Shown: positions 39,801 to 51,456 of the stretch, piece after piece
Layout: each line of letters starts with the position of its first letter
Numbering within the stretch: position 1 is the stretch's first letter
Made by a program: the position numbers and the translations under genes
Assembly (NCBI GenBank): GCA_009103225.1
Contig: RHPI01003788.1
Span: 294,421 to 358,420 of the forward strand
DNA length: 64,000 bases
Source: Chlorokybus atmophyticus
Lineage: Eukaryota; Plantae; Mesostigma and Chlorokybus algae
Direction of reading: 5' to 3'
The notes under the pieces: generated by a model
What the model was told of the DNA's origin: nothing
Databases searched by the model: none
What the model saw: only the letters and a program-made list of their open reading frames with translations

Positions 39801-41853
39801 GGTTGTCACACTCTGTGATGCTAGGAATGGCAGTCTTCGTCGCTTCGCCGGCACACAAGGTTCACACAACACCTCTTGCATGGTTTTGAACTCCTCCGGC
39901 TTGATGTTGATGCCATTCACCATGTCTTCCTTCACCCGCCTGGTGAGGTTATCGTAGCCGAGATGTCCAAATCGTCGATGCCACAACGCTGCGGACTCTT
40001 TGGTCGATGCAGTATACGCTTGCACTCCAGCAAGCTTTACATGATACTCTCCTCCTCCATAATCTTTGGCAATCATGTACACGACCCCATCAAACAGTAC
40101 ACGCCCATGGTCTCCCTCAAAAACAGTCATAGACCTAGCTATTGCAGCAGCACGCACTGAGACTGGACTTACAACCGCTCGAGGAACATGTAACACATTG
40201 CGCAAGCACACTTGCCTCTCAGCTCCGTCAACACTGCAGTTAAGGTGGACGTCCCCCATGCCAATGGCTGCTTCCTCACTGCTCCTAAATGCGACTTTAA
40301 TCGGCTTGTTAATAAGCCTGTAGCTCTGGAACTGCTCCTTGTCAAAGGTGAGACGCTTGTTGCACCCGGAGTCTAGCACCCAAGCAGTAGCAGATCTTGA
40401 CGATGCAACTGTAAATGCCATGGGTTTCTCACCCTTCTTGTCGTTTTCGCCACCCTTCGCCTTCTCTTGCTCCGCTAACCACAGCCGGCACTCCATCTTG
40501 AAGTGGCCCTTCTTCCCACAATGATGACACTTGAGGGTCTTCTTGTAGTCCTTCCCCTTCCTGTTGCCACCGTTGTACGAGCCTCCTCCTCCACCCTGAC
40601 TTCCTTTCTTTGAGCTTAAAGCAGCAAACGCCACCGAATCTGCTTCATCTCTTCTCCTGCCTGTCTTCTCTTCTTGTTGAAGCATCATGGGCAGCATCAC
40701 ATTGAGCTTGAGTTCTTCCCTTGGCGTCTCAAGCACGGTCACCACCAAGTCGTACTCCTCAGGAAGTTCGGAGAGGATAGCCCAAACTAGCTCCACCTCC
40801 TTCACCTCGTGGCCTATCGAAGTGAGGTCTTTCCACAGCTCCCTTGCTCGTCCCGCGTACTTGGAGATAGGCTCCGCTGACTCCTTCTTCAGCGCGTTCA
40901 GCTGCCTTCTCAGCTGCAGCTTCCTTGCATTATTGCTTGCTTTGAATGTGTCTGCCAGCTTTTGCCAAGCTTCCTTGGCATGCTCACACTCATCAAGCAT
41001 TACAAGATGGTGATCCTTCACGTTCAAGCATAGCAATGCAAGTGCCTTTTCACTCTTCTCCAACCACACACTCTGCGTACCCTCTACAGGTCCGTCGTTG
41101 TTGGGATCGGCATACTTCCACAAACCCTTGTGCTTTAAGAGCGCCTTCATCTTTACGCTCCATGTGCTGTAGTTCTCCAGGTCCAGAGGTACCACCGACA
41201 ACCTAACGCTGGAGCCTTCATCTTCTGCCATCTTATCACGCCTTCTTCAGAGGTCTTCTACAAGTAGCAGTTTCGCTCAGCTTTTTCACTAGTTGTAGTG
41301 CTGTCTCCTCTCTTGAACCACTAGCAGTGTGGGCCCATAACCTGTTGAACACTGAGCCAGTGCTGGCCAACTACAGCACACACATGCACCAGAACATACA
41401 TACACACATGGCGTGCACACAAGGCTTGCAAAGGGGTTTCACCCGAACCAACAACTTGTTAACTCTGTTGGCCTTTATACCAGCCAGACTACACATGTCT
41501 ACTTTAGCAAGCACCGCGTGAGCTATATTCAGCGGATTGCCAATACGTAAGCTTGGTTGTCTAGCTTACAACCAAAGCTTATCAACAAGCTAAGCCACGC
41601 CCCCTAAGGCTACGTATACGCGGAGTTCTCGCCGTTCTCCCAAGGCGTTGGCTGCGTCAGGCTGCGCCAGCCTCATGAGCAAGTCCGGAGTCTCCTGCTT
41701 GGTCGTACTCCGTGTAGTGGACTCGATATCTGCTACAGACTCATGACTGATCGATATCACCTCTTACTAGTAGCAGTATGTCTAAGGCTCATGCCTTAGC
41801 CAATTTACAAGCTGACTAGACTGAGCAGTGTGCAAGACATGCTCATGCTAACA
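36877..41853 (-). mobile_element. Ty1/copia LTR retrotransposon A1, full length
   Basis: LTRs 36877-37383 and 41343-41853 (TG...CA, about 96% identical by eye). TSD CCTAT. PBS GGTTATGGGCCCAC at 41329-41342. Confidence 0.96.
37400..41231 (-). pseudogene. Copia A1 gag-pol (gag with CCHC, protease, integrase, RT, RNase H)
   Basis: CHHCGKKGHFKMEC; WVLDSGC; LVHSDLCGP; VRSDRGGEY; RNGAAER; YKARLVVKG; LLVYVDNI; GYCNADY. One stop at about 38889 and a frameshift at about 38285. Confidence 0.93.
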
Positions 41854-42229
41854 CCTATTGGTGGAGGACCCCGTGGAAGGTGTGGTGGACATTGATGGCG
41901 GGCCGCCAACATACGCGTACGGTTGATGCATGCATATGTTGCGTGGTGGGGCAGGAGTAGTAGTAATATGCGAAGCCCGTCACGGTGCTGTGCTGCGCGA
42001 CATGCGCACGGTGTGTGCGGCCACCCACGTTGGTGTCCCCTTCAAGGTAGCAATGGCCTCGCGAAGGTAGCGCGCTAGTGCCTGCTCTTTCTAACCGCTG
42101 CGCTGCTGCGGCCTGTTGCTCCGGAGTAGTAATATTTGAATCCACTCTGCCTTTTATGAATACGAGGCAGATTAAATTTGAGGGATTCCTTAAGTATTGC
42201 CTTTCCTTGACAAACTCGATTACCAAAGG

Positions 42230-42870
42230 CACACCCGTCCCTGCCAAGCTAGTCTTCTCGAAGTTGGTACTCGAGTTGAGTGGTGGACCGTAGGTGTTAA
42301 AGCCAAGGTGTCGGCGGACGCAGCAAGTGTTGAGCAAGTGTCAGCTGTTGTGCTTGCGACGGTGGCAGCTTAAGTAGCTGTACCAGAGGCAGACCCATCC
42401 CTGCCAACACCTAGTCTTTTCGAAGCTGATATTCGAGTTGAGTGGTTGACCATGGGTGCCAAGGCCAAGTTGCTGGCGGAGGCAGCAAGTGTTGAGCAAG
42501 TGTCAGCTGTTGTGTGCCTGCGGCGGTGGCAGCTTGAGTAGCTGTACCAGAGGCAGACCCGTCCCTGCCAACACCTGGTTTTTTTGAAGCTGGTACTCGA
42601 GTTAGTGGTTGACCATGGGTGCCAACGCCAAGGTGCTGGCGGAGGCAGCAAGTGTTGAGCAAGTGTCAGCTGTTGTGTGCCTGCGGCGGTGGCAGCTTCA
42701 GTAGCTGTACCAGAGGCAGACCCGTCCCTGCCAACACCTGCTCTTCTCGAAGCTGATATTCCAGTGTAGTGGTTGACCACGGGAGCCAAGGCCAAGGTGC
42801 TATTGGAGGCAACAAGCGTTAAGCAAGTGTTAGCTGTCGTGCCTGCGACGGCGACAGCTTGAGTGGCGGC
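42230..42870. repeat. Tandem repeat with a unit of about 164 bp, about 4 copies
   Basis: GTAGCTGTACCAGAGGCAGACCC at 42374, 42538 and 42701. Confidence 0.9.
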
Positions 42871-42899
42871 TGCGATATCGGCATGGCGCTTTACTTGTT

Positions 42900-44150
42900 G
42901 ACAATTGTACATGTGGCTCAAAAGGTTCAGGACTAATTGTTTGCAATTCGGGTACTCTTAAACAACATTGTATGTGTTCTTGTCGCTCAACTGCACATGC
43001 CTCAGGGTGGGGAATGTGTTTGAAGTGCTAATGTGGTTTTGAAGGTTCAGGACTGGTTTTTTTCAGTCCAAGCACCCAGGTGCAATACCGCATGTGGTCT
43101 TGCCACTTGAAAACACGTGTCTGGTGAGGCGCGAGTGTGCTTGAAATGCAAATCTATTCTTAAAGGTTTAAGACTAGTTGTTTGCACTTCAGGTACTCCT
43201 AAAAAATATTACATGTGTTCTTTCCACTCAACTGCACATGCCTTAGGGTGAGTGAGTGTGCTTGAAGTGAAATTGTTGTTTTAAAGGTTCAGAACGGCTT
43301 CTTTGCACTCCAGGCATTCTTGCACATGATTGCAGGTGGTCCTGCCACTCAAATGCAGGTGCTGGGGGGTGGGTGAGTGTGGTTGCAGTGCAAACATGGT
43401 TTTAAAGGTTTAAGACTATCTTTGCACTTCAGGTACTCTTGCACAATATAACATGTAATCTGCCACTCAATCGCATGTGCCTGAGGGTGGGTGAGTATGC
43501 TTGGAGTGCTATTGCTGCTTTGAAGGTGCAGGTCTCCTCTTTGCACTCCAAGCACTCTTACACAATATCGCATGTGGTGTTGCCACTCAATTGCACGTGT
43601 CTAATGGGACGCGAGTGTGCTTGAGAGTGCAAATGGGAACCTGACGGTTCACATGTGGTTTCTTTACACTTCAGATATTTATAAAAAATATCGCATGTGA
43701 TCCTGCCATTTAATTGCATGTGCCTGAAGGTGCGCAAGTCTGCATGAAGTGCAAATGTGCTTTTGAAGGTTCGCGACTAGTTGATTGCACTTCGGGTACG
43801 CCTGTACAATATTACGCGCGATCCTGCCACTCAATCGCATGTGCCTGAGGGTGGGTGGGTCAAGCTTATTGCTTTGGAGGTGGCCATAGGATTTGGACTA
43901 GTTCTTTGCACTTCAGATACTCTTGCACGATATTGCCTGTATTCTTGAGGCTCGACTGCATGTGCCTAAGGGTGCGCGAGTGTGCTTAAAGTGCAATTCC
44001 AATCCTGACAGTTAAGGACTAATTGTCAGCACTTTAGGTACTTTTGCACAGTATTGCATGTATTCCTGCCACTTAACTGCTTGTGCTTGAGGGTGGGTGA
44101 GTGTGCTCGAAGTGCAAATGTGGTCCCGAAATTTCAGAAGAGGTTCTTTG
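42900..44150. repeat. Satellite with a unit of about 120 bp, left part
   Basis: TTTGCACTTCAGGTACTC-like motif at about 43182, 43303, 43422, 43540, 43664, 43785, 43906 and 44027. Confidence 0.9.
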
Positions 44151-44599
44151 TGTTGATGGACTAGCATGCACATGTAGTTGAGGCAAGCATAGACACACAG
44201 AGACAGAGCTACCGCCACCAGAGCATACACAAGTCACATCACATTCATCTATTACAAGTTGTCCGCTGGTTCTTATACCAGCCAGTTACACACACGTCTA
44301 CGTTTGCAAGCACTGCGTAAGCTATACTCAGCCTTTTTACGCGCCTTAAGCTGCGTTGTCTTTCTTACAACCAGAGCGTTTCAACAAGCTCTCACACGCC
44401 TAGTATGAGTAAATATACGCGGAGATACGAAGCAGTTAGTAAGGCTCCTGTCTGGAGTCCGGAGTCTGGTCCGACGATGCCATCTTGCTAAGTCCGGACC
44501 TAGTGCTCGTCCTTACGACCTTCTACTCCTGTGTGGAGGGTCGATGCTGATTGTATGTAGGAATACTCTCAACACTCCCACGCGAGCAGCATGACCTCC

Positions 44600-45409
44600 A
44601 AAGCTTGCTCCTGTAGTCAAACACAGATGCCAAGTCCTGCGCAACAAGTCTTGAACTTGAGCGGTGACAATGGCTTTGTCATGAAGTCCGCCAGCATGCC
44701 CTCAGTGTTCCTATACTAGAACTCCACCTCCTTCCTGAGTGACTCTGTCACGCACAAAGTGATGCATGACATCAATGTGCTTCGTCCTTGCCGAGGCGAT
44801 AGGGTGCTTCAACAACGTGATGGCTCCTTGGTTGTCACAGTTGATGACAATGCACGCCATGGGGTGCTCCAAGTCTGCCATGAGCTTGCGAAGCCAGAGT
44901 GCCTCCTTCACTGCTGCTGCCGCTGCCATGTACTCAGCCTCTGATGTAGATGCTGCTGTTGTTGGCTGCAGCCTGCTGTTCCAGCTCACCACGCCTCCGT
45001 TCAGCTTGAAGACGTAGCCTGTAGTGGACCTCCTGCTGTTGAGGTCACCAGCAAAGTCCGAGTCGCAGTAGCCCTGCAACTTAGTGCTCCCGCTCCCAAA
45101 CTTGATGCCAACTGTTGCGCTCCCAGCAACATAGCGTAGTACTCCCTTTGTTGCTCTCCAGTGCTCTATGCTCGGTGCAGACATGTAGCGAGCAAGTACT
45201 CCCACAGCATGTGCAACATCGGGACGTGTGCACACTGCCAGATAGAGCATGCTGCCTACCAGCTCACCATATGGAAACTGAGCCTGGTCGAGTACCTCCT
45301 CATCTTTTGCCTTGATGAGGGCAGTGCCAAGTGCCAATGGTGTGGTCTTGGTCTTCGCTTCAGTGAGCCCGAACTTGGTGACGAGTCTTCTCACCATCTG
45401 CTCCTGACT
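44600..45409 (-). pseudogene. Copia B RT C-terminus and RNase H
   Basis: YGELVGSMLYLAVCTRPDVA; GYCDSDFAGD; RTKHIDVMHHFVRDRV. Continues the 51457 reading across the insertion (IKISQ|EQMVRRL). Confidence 0.9.
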
Positions 45410-46076
45410 TGTGACGGTGCTCGTGCCTTGTTACCGGTGAGTTGGTCCAATCCACAACCCTCTCACCAAGACACGGTATTCACACCGGAACCTTGCCCCC
45501 TCTGCCATGCACACACGCGCGCCCCGCCACTCGCGTACGCACGCGCATGCGCTCGAAGCTACACACCGACTTGTGCAGCGCCTTGGATCGTCACACAAGC
45601 AAGCACACACCGGTGGGCACACGCTAGCAACCCCTGCTAACCACCACCAAGCTTGCACACCAGAAACTAGGGAGCTAAAGGTTGTATTGCAAATTGTAGA
45701 ATGTCACTTTTATACCTACCAGTCTGCACATGCTACTGTCTAGACGATTCTAGCGCTAGACGGAACTAGAAGCTAAGATATTCTTGCAGAATCTTGTAGT
45801 ACACTTCTAGACCTTTCCAACGCACCAAAGATCTCCTAATTTGCTGCTCATATGGTCAAGTTATACTACTTGGCGCCAGGCCCTTCCAGAAATCTGGTCG
45901 AGCCCTTCTCGACTGGCCCTCCGTTTTCTGGCACCTTCCGGACTGGTCTTGGGGCCCCGGTCGATATCCGCGGCAGACTCATAACTCGCCGATATCCGCC
46001 ACAAGTCATTAAAAACATGTACCTTACAAATAAGGCCTAAAACGGCCATGAAAATCACAGAATTTGGCCTTGACTG

Positions 46077-49000
46077 TTACACTCCTCCCCCCCCAGGTGA
46101 GCTTCGTCCTCGAAGCTCGCGAGGTTGTCGTCGAGCAAGATAGGCACGCACAACGTCTTGAGCATTAGTCAAGTGTGCCTCTGGCTCCCAGGATGCTTCA
46201 TGCAACGGATAGCCCTTCCATTTCACTAAGAACTTGCGTACGCCATGCACAAACTTCTCACCAAGGATGTCTTCTACCTCCCACTCGGGTTCACCGTCTG
46301 TGCCAACTTCGGGGGGTGGCCTTTCTGGCGGTTGTCCTCGATGTGCTTTCAGAAGGGAGACGTGAAAAACGGGGTGCACACGCATGGTGTCGGGTAGCTC
46401 CAACTTGTACGCCACGTCCGAGATAACTTTGCTGACCTTAAATGGTCCCAACCAGCGTTCATTCAGCTTGCGAACTCCCGTACGCACCTGGACGTGCTTC
46501 GCGGAGAGTAACACAATGTCGCCTTCCTGAAACGTGAGGTGTCGGCGATGCGCGTCCGCGTACTGCTTCTGCCGATTTTGTGCCACCAATAACGCATCCC
46601 TAGCTGCCTTGTTAATGTCCGCGCACTTTGTAAGGAAGTCATTAGCTGCCTCCACACGCACGTCATGTCGTCGCGGTGTCCATGCCGTCAACGGTGTCAA
46701 TGGATGTTGCCCGTAGTTCATAAGGAAGGGAGTGACACCTGTGCTTGCATTGTGGTGGTTGTTGATCGCAAACTCAACCAACTCAAGCAGCTCCTCCCAA
46801 TTGTCTTGTCGCGCGTTAACGTAGCAACGCAGCATGTCCTCGATCACACGGTTGGCCCGCTCCGTTTGCCCATCAGTTTGCGGGTGGAATGCCGTGCTAA
46901 ACTTCAGTGTGGTACCCAGTGCACTATGCAGCGCCTCCCAAAACTTACTTGTAAAGCGCGGGTCGCGATCACTCACAATGCTTCGTGGTAATCCATGAGA
47001 ACGAAATTCATGCTTCACGAACAAGCGTGCTGCCTCCGGTGCCGTTCAAGACTTACTACATGGTGCCAAGCGTACCATTTTGCTGGTTTTATCGACGAAC
47101 ACAAGTATAGCGTCGTACCCTTCTTTTGTCTTTGGTAGCCCCGTGATAAAGTCCATGGTAACTTGCTCCCACTTGGACAATGGCACAGGGAGAGGTTGCA
47201 GCAACCCACCTGGCTTTTGGTTGCTTGCCTTCACCCTTTGGCATGCGTCGCACAACGCCACGTAGTCGCGCACATCGCGATGCATCTCTCGCCAGTAAAA
47301 ACGCTGTTTTAAGCTTGCCAAAGTCCTTTCCAACCCTTGGTGACCAGCAATGGGCACGTCATGAGCTTCCTTCAGCAACTTCACACGGATATGCGCGACG
47401 TTGGGGATGTACAAGCGCCCATGGTGCCACAGCAGCCCGTCGCGCAGTGACCAGTGCCCACTTGTGTCCGTAGCTGTATTTTCCAGCTCTTGCAACACTT
47501 TCATACCCTCCGTGTCTTCACGAAGCACTTGCCGAATCTGGTCGGTCCACTCGGGCTGCACTTGAGCGAGTGCCTCAATTGCATTAAGCCGGCTCAGCGC
47601 GTCAGCAACACCATTTGACGTACCGGGCTTGTACTTGATATCGAAGTTAAAAAGTTGAAAGAACTCAAGCCATCGAGCTTGTCTGCGACTCAGATGAGGT
47701 TGTGTTTGTAAGTACCTCAGTGGAGAGTGATCCGTCTCAAGCACGAACTTTTTGCCTTCCAAAAAACAACGCCATTGTCGTAGCGCCATGACTTGCGCTA
47801 AAAGTTCCTTCTCGTGCACGGGGTAATTCAGCTCCGCACCACTCATCTTCTTGCTGAAGAATGCTACTGGTTGAAGGCCGTTGCCATGGTCTTGCTGCAA
47901 AACAGCTCCTACGGCTGTGTCGGACGCGTCGCAAGCCAAAATAAATGTCTTTTCCATGTTGGGGTGAGCCAGGACTGGTGCCTCCGTCAGCGCCTTCTTC
48001 AACGCAGCAAATGCATGTTCCTCTGTTGCTGACCAGCTCCAATGCTTTCCCTTCTTGAGTAGGGTAGTCAAGGGAGCAGCTATGCGCGAAAACCCCATGA
48101 TAAACTTGCGATAATACCCCGCAAGGCCTAAAAAGGACATCACCTCCTTTACATTGGTCGGGGCAGCCCACTCGCGCACCACCTGCACTTTGTTGGGGTC
48201 CGGCTTGATGCCTTCATGCGACACAATGTGGCCTAGGTACTCCACCTCTCGAAGCAAGAATTTGCACTTTTGTAGCTGGGCGTACAACTTGTGTTCGCGC
48301 AAACGCTGCAACACGCGCCGTAGAAGTGCCACGTGCTCCTCCTTTGTTGTCGCGTACACCAAAATGTCGTCGAGGTACACGAGGACTCCCTTACCAATCA
48401 AGTCAGCAAAAACGCTGTTCATAAGCGTTTGAAATGTTGCCGGTGCGTTCGTAAGTCCGAAGGACATGACCAACCACTCGTAGTGCCCATAACGTGTGTT
48501 AAAAGCTGTTTTCTCCACATCCTCGGGCGCGATGCGGATTTGGTGATAACCTCCAGCAAGATCAAGTGTTGTGAAGTACTGCGCACCTTGCAATTGCTCC
48601 AGCAACTCGTCGATACGTGGGAGTGGAAAGCAATTCCTCTTCGTGATGTTGTTGAGAGCTCGGTAGTCGACGCACATGCGCAAGCTCCCGTTCTTCTTTC
48701 GTACAAACAAAATAGGTGCACCATAGGGGGACTTACTAGGCCTGATGTAGCCTCTTTTCAGCAAGTCCGCCACCTGCCTCTCGGCCTCTTCCAGTTCCAA
48801 AGGTGACAACTTGTATACGGGTCGATACGGTGGCTTGTGCACGCCCTCAATCAGCTCCACACGGTGGTCTACGCTCCGTGGAGGTGGTAGACCAGATGGA
48901 AGTCCGTCCACCATGATATCTTGGTATTCTTTAACAAGTTTACACACCTCGGGGTCCATAGTAGCCGTCTGAACATCGTCACTCAGCTCTGGTGCTGACT

Positions 49001-49660
49001 TTGCAGTGTTTTCGCGCACCACGCACAACCATGCAGCCTTTGCCTTCCGTGGAGACAATAACTTCCTCAATTGCACATAAGAGATCTGGGCAATTGTCGT
49101 ACCACCTAATTGTGCGTGCCGCGCCTCGATGACGTCCGATGCAGCTTGAATGGACTCTCCACCGTTTCGCTCGATGGTGAGCACGCGCTTCCTCCAATTG
49201 ATGGCTGGATTATGTTGCCATAGCCACGGTAGTCCCAAAATCCCATCAAACCCGTTCCGTAGGGTGATGCAGCAAAATCGCATGCTCTCCTTCATCTTCC
49301 CAATGCGAACGCACAACTCTTTGGTCATAAACGCAGCGCCATCACCTCCAGAGGGTGGCTCTCCATCAGCGAGCTTCACTTCACCTCCTCGTAATGACGA
49401 AAGCCAGCCGTAACGCCGCGCAATATCAATACTCATAAAGTTGCTGTTGGCACCGCTATCAATCATGAGCTTACACTCTCTCCATCGTCCTTGGTCATCG
49501 CAAATGTGTGCTCGAAGCCCGAAGTACTTTGTTGTCTCCTCGTTTGCATAACTCACCACCATTGGCGCGTTCAAAGCCATCTCCTCTTGCTTCTTTAATG
49601 GAAATGTCACAGCATCCGTCCGTGCATGAGGCTCCTTCCTATCCCCAGCAGAAGCCTCCT
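46077..49660 (-). pseudogene. Chromovirus pol (protease, RT, RNase H, integrase, chromodomain) with one frameshift at about 47030
   Basis: MIDSGA; LVYLDDIL; CDASD; HHCC-type zinc site; VSDRDPRF; QTDGQTER; GPF/VHPVFHVSLLK; EWEVEDIL...FLVKWKGYP...SWEP. Confidence 0.95.
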
Positions 49661-49663
49661 CAC

Positions 49664-50692
49664 CTACTGGGGAAAGTCGTTTTCCTGCTCCACGCCATTT
49701 TGCTCCATGGTGTTGACGCGACGATCACGGCGAGGGTTGCCATCCGGTGTTGGCCTTTGCGTGCTTCGTTTGGGGCATCCGTACGCCAAATGCTCCGTCG
49801 ACCCACACGCATAACACTTGCGCACACCTTTACCTCTTTCACCACGTCCGCCGTGCTTCGCCTCACTTCCATGTGTGTGTATGGCACCCACCTCCATTGG
49901 TGCAGGCCCAGAGTCAGCTCCACCTTTATTTGCAGGTGCTGAACTTGGTTCTCCTCGTCTCCATGCATGTTGAACGCCTCCCCGGGGCTGATCACCATGC
50001 CTTTGCCTCCAGTCAGTGTTTCTTGTGGTGGACTTGAAGTACAACGCGTCGAGACGCTCCGCGATGCGTATAGCCTCCGCAAGTGTCTTCGGGTCCCGTA
50101 GCTCCACTTCTTTACGCCCCAAAGGTTTTAAACCACGTGTATACCTGTCCAACTGCTCCTCCTCGGTCATATTGGGTATGGACATCACCAATCGCTGAAA
50201 CGCGGCCGTGTACGCCATCACCGACCCCATTTGCACAAGGGCTGCAAGTTTGTCGCGTGCGGCCTTCACGCTCTCAACGGGAACAAATTGATGCCTGACC
50301 TCCAGTGCCAACTCTTCCATGGTGGTCAATGGTAGCGCCAACCCGTTTGCAACACGCGTCTATCGATGCCTTCACCACACAAGTGCTGCACCTTCAAGCA
50401 ATGTCGCTGCAACCTCCACGTGCAGATGCGTGGGCACCTCCGTGAGCTTCAATCAAGACGATACTTGAAAAATCCATTCATCCACTGCATCTCCATCACG
50501 TTGACCCATGAATGGCTTGGGCTTTGGCACCTTCACATGCACGCGCGAGCTTGATGCCATGGGAATTTGTACACGCGTCATCGCATGCTCATACGCCTCG
50601 CGTTGTGCTTGTGCCGCCGCTTGAGTGTGATGAAGCTCTTCCCTCAGTGCCAAGATGGCAGCTTGAAGCTCTTCCATGCGAGCATCCTCCAT
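49664..50692 (-). pseudogene. Chromovirus gag with zinc knuckle (frameshift/stops near 50340-50455)
   Basis: VKVPKPKPFMGQRDGDAVDEW; QMGSVMAYTAAFQRL; CYACGSTEHLAYGC. Confidence 0.85.
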
Positions 50693-51456
50693 CTCCACTA
50701 ACACACTACACTCCGCTTCCGAATGAAAAGTGTAAACGCCCACACACTTCCTCTCTCACCTTCGTAAACCGTGCTCCGATACCAGTTGTGACGGTGCTCG
50801 TGCCTTGTTACCGGTGAGTTGGTCCAATCCACAACCCTCTCACCAAGACACGGTATTCACACCGGAACCTTGCCCCCTCTGCCAAGCACACACGCGCGCC
50901 CCGCCACTCGCGTACGCACGCGCATGCGCTCGAAGCTACACACCGACTTGTGTAGCGCCTTGGATCGTCACACAAGCAAGCACACACCGGTGGGCACACG
51001 CTAGCAACCCCTGCTAACCACCACCAAGCTTGCACACCAGAAACTAGGGAGCTAAAGGTTGTATTGCAAATTGTAGAATGTCACTTTTATACCTACCAGT
51101 CTGCACATGCTACTGTCTAGACGATTCTAGCGCTAGACGGAACTAGAAGCTAAGATATTCTTGCAGAATCTTGTAGTATACTTCTAGACCTTTCCAACGC
51201 ACCAAAGATCTCCTAATTTGCTGCTCATATGGTCAAGTTATACTACTTGGCGCCAGGCCCTTCCAGAAATCTGGTCGAGCCCTTCTCGACTGGCCCTCCG
51301 TTTTCTGGCCTTCCGGACTGGTCTTGGGGCCCCGGTCGATATCCGCGGCAGACTCATAACTCGCCGATATCCGCCACAAGTCATTAAAAACATGTACGTT
51401 ACAAATAAGGCCTAAAACGGCCATGAAAATCACAGAATTTGGCCTTGACTGTTATA

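Larger units (their letters stand above)
36330..42921 (-). pseudogene. Gag/aspartic-protease-like remnant with 164-bp tandem repeats, interrupted by copia A1
   Basis: Reading across the copia insertion gives VTLDGGAQSVFVGRHLA*SLG (36692-36706), a retropepsin-like motif, followed by DYNLVL...DSWTES. About four Ala/Thr-rich repeat units lie upstream at 42230-42870. Confidence 0.45.
45410..51456 (-). mobile_element. Ty3/gypsy chromovirus, young and full length
   Basis: LTRs 45410-46081 and 50787-51456 (about 99% identical). TSD TGACT. PBS TGGTATCGGAGC at 50773-50784. PPT GGGGGGGAGGAG next to the 3' LTR. Confidence 0.97.
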
